NCBI RefSeq assembly: GCF_022985615.1
Contig: NZ_CP094965.1
Span: forward strand, 120,001 to 152,000
Direction of reading: 5' to 3'
From: Candidatus Karelsulcia muelleri
GTDB taxonomy: Bacteria; Bacteroidota; Bacteroidia; Flavobacteriales; Blattabacteriaceae
DNA: 32,000 bases
Shown piece by piece: positions 30,909-32,000 of this stretch. Positions within the stretch are counted from its first letter, which is position 1; each line of letters opens with the position of its first letter. A program made the position numbers and the translations under genes. The notes below the pieces were generated by a model. It was not told the DNA's origin and made no database searches. It worked only from the letters and a program-made list of their open reading frames with translations.

Positions 30909-31943
30909 TTATGGTCTTAATTTTCGTATTAATTCTCCAACTTTCCATAATTCACTATTTTTTAATTCCTTTAATTCTTTCTTTAAAATCTCTCTATAAT
31001 TACTTTTACTATTTAATGAAATAGTTCGTTCTGCCTCTTTTCCAGAAGACACGTCTTTATAAAGTTCTCTAAATAAAGAAATATTAGTGTCTCTAAATTT
31101 TTTCCACCAATCTAAAGCACCTCTTTGAGCAGTAGTAGAGCAATTTTCATACATCCAATCCATTCCTTTTTCTGCTATTAAAGGCATAAGACTTTGAGTA
31201 AGCTCTTCTACTGTTTCATTAAAGGCTTCAGAAGGTGAGTGACCATTCTCTCTTAAAACTTGGTATTGTGCTGAAAATAACCCTTGAATAGCTCCCATTA
31301 ATGTTCCTCTTTCACCTGTTAAATCTGAAAACACTTCTTTTTTAAAAGTTGTTTTAAATAAAAAAGCAGAACCTATACCTATACCAATTGCTAAAGCTCT
31401 TTTTTTAGCTTTCCCAGTATAATTTTGATATATTGCATAACTAGAATTTAGTCCTTTTCCTTCTTTAAATAATCTTCTCAAAGATGTTCCTGAACCTTTA
31501 GGTGCAACAAGAAAAATATCAATTTCCTTTGGTGGTAATATTTTCGTTTTTTTATTGAATGTTAATCCAAAACCATGAGAAAAATATAAAGCTTTTCCTG
31601 GGCAAAGAAATTTTTTAATTTTTGGCCAAACCTCAATCTGACCAGCATCAGATAATAAAAACATAATGATACTTCCTTTATCTGCTGCTTCTTCTATTTC
31701 GAATAGAGTTTCATTAGCTATCCATCCATCTTTTAAAGCTTTTTGCCACGATTTTGAATTTTTTCTTTGGCCTACTATTACATTGAACCCATTATCTCTT
31801 AAATTTAATGCTTGACCAGGTCCTTGTACACCATATCCTATCACTGATATTATTTCATTTGATAATATTTTTCTGGCTTTACTTAAACTAAAGTCCTTTT
31901 TAGTTATAATTTCTTCTTCTATTTCTCCAATTTTCAACTTCAT
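30909..31943 (-). CDS. ilvC: ketol-acid reductoisomerase
   Basis: 344-aa ORF. The NADPH-binding block is VIGYGVQGPGQALNLRDNGFNVIVG. Also present are FSHGF, VAPKGSGTSLRRLF, DLTGERGTLMG and PSEAFNETVEELTQSLMPLI. Confidence 0.93.
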   Translation of the reverse strand: MKLKIGEIEEEIITKKDFSLSKARKILSNEIISVIGYGVQGPGQALNLRDNGFNVIVGQRKNSKSWQKALKDGWIANETLFEIEEAADKGSIIMFLLSDAGQIEVWPKIKKFLCPGKALYFSHGFGLTFNKKTKILPPKEIDIFLVAPKGSGTSLRRLFKEGKGLNSSYAIYQNYTGKAKKRALAIGIGIGSAFLFKTTFKKEVFSDLTGERGTLMGAIQGLFSAQYQVLRENGHSPSEAFNETVEELTQSLMPLIAEKGMDWMYENCSTTAQRGALDWWKKFRDTNISLFRELYKDVSSGKEAERTISLNSKSNYREILKKELKELKNSELWKVGELIRKLRP

Positions 31944-32000
31944 TTATTTAATGCTTTATTTATATTATATAGAATATAATAATAGAATATATAATATAAT

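Overview
This window is extremely AT-rich and densely packed, and reads like a highly reduced bacterial genome. The gene content points to a Bacteroidota/Flavobacteriales-type insect nutritional endosymbiont (Sulcia-like): a short primary sigma factor of about 300 aa, L31, an HsdR_N-domain gene beside holA, and ilvC. That assignment is inference only.

The core (6321-20894, + strand) is the conserved str/S10/spc/alpha ribosomal-protein cluster: rpsL-rpsG-fusA-rpsJ-rplCDWB-rpsS-rplV-rpsC-rplP-rpsQ-rplNXE-rpsNH-rplFR-rpsE-rplO-infA-rpmJ-rpsMKD-rpoA-rplQ.

- Left flank: infB (3' end), rpsT, tRNA-Glu, rpsP, tRNA-Gln, a pdhB remnant, rpoD, pnp, rpsO, rpmE, tsaD.
- Right flank: rsmH, RNase P RNA, mutL, lysS, tRNA-Arg, pdhA, a PDH E2 gene, an HsdR_N-like gene, holA, trxB, about 940 bp of repeat-filled non-coding DNA, and ilvC.

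I see no defence island, mobile element, CRISPR array or novel multi-gene system. What stands out is active genome erosion and repeat instability:

- infA is broken by a single extra base.
- holA carries five in-frame stops but no indel.
- pdhB is a remnant while pdhA and E2 are intact.
- secY, rpmC and rpmD are absent from their canonical slots.
- The 5' part of rnpB is duplicated around a (GTATAA)5 microsatellite.
- MutL appears to lack its C-terminal endonuclease motifs.
- At least 15 perfect short tandem duplications are present. They are in-frame inside genes and of arbitrary length at gene ends.
- A relatively GC-rich GCAGTTAGC-type minisatellite lies in the trxB-ilvC spacer.
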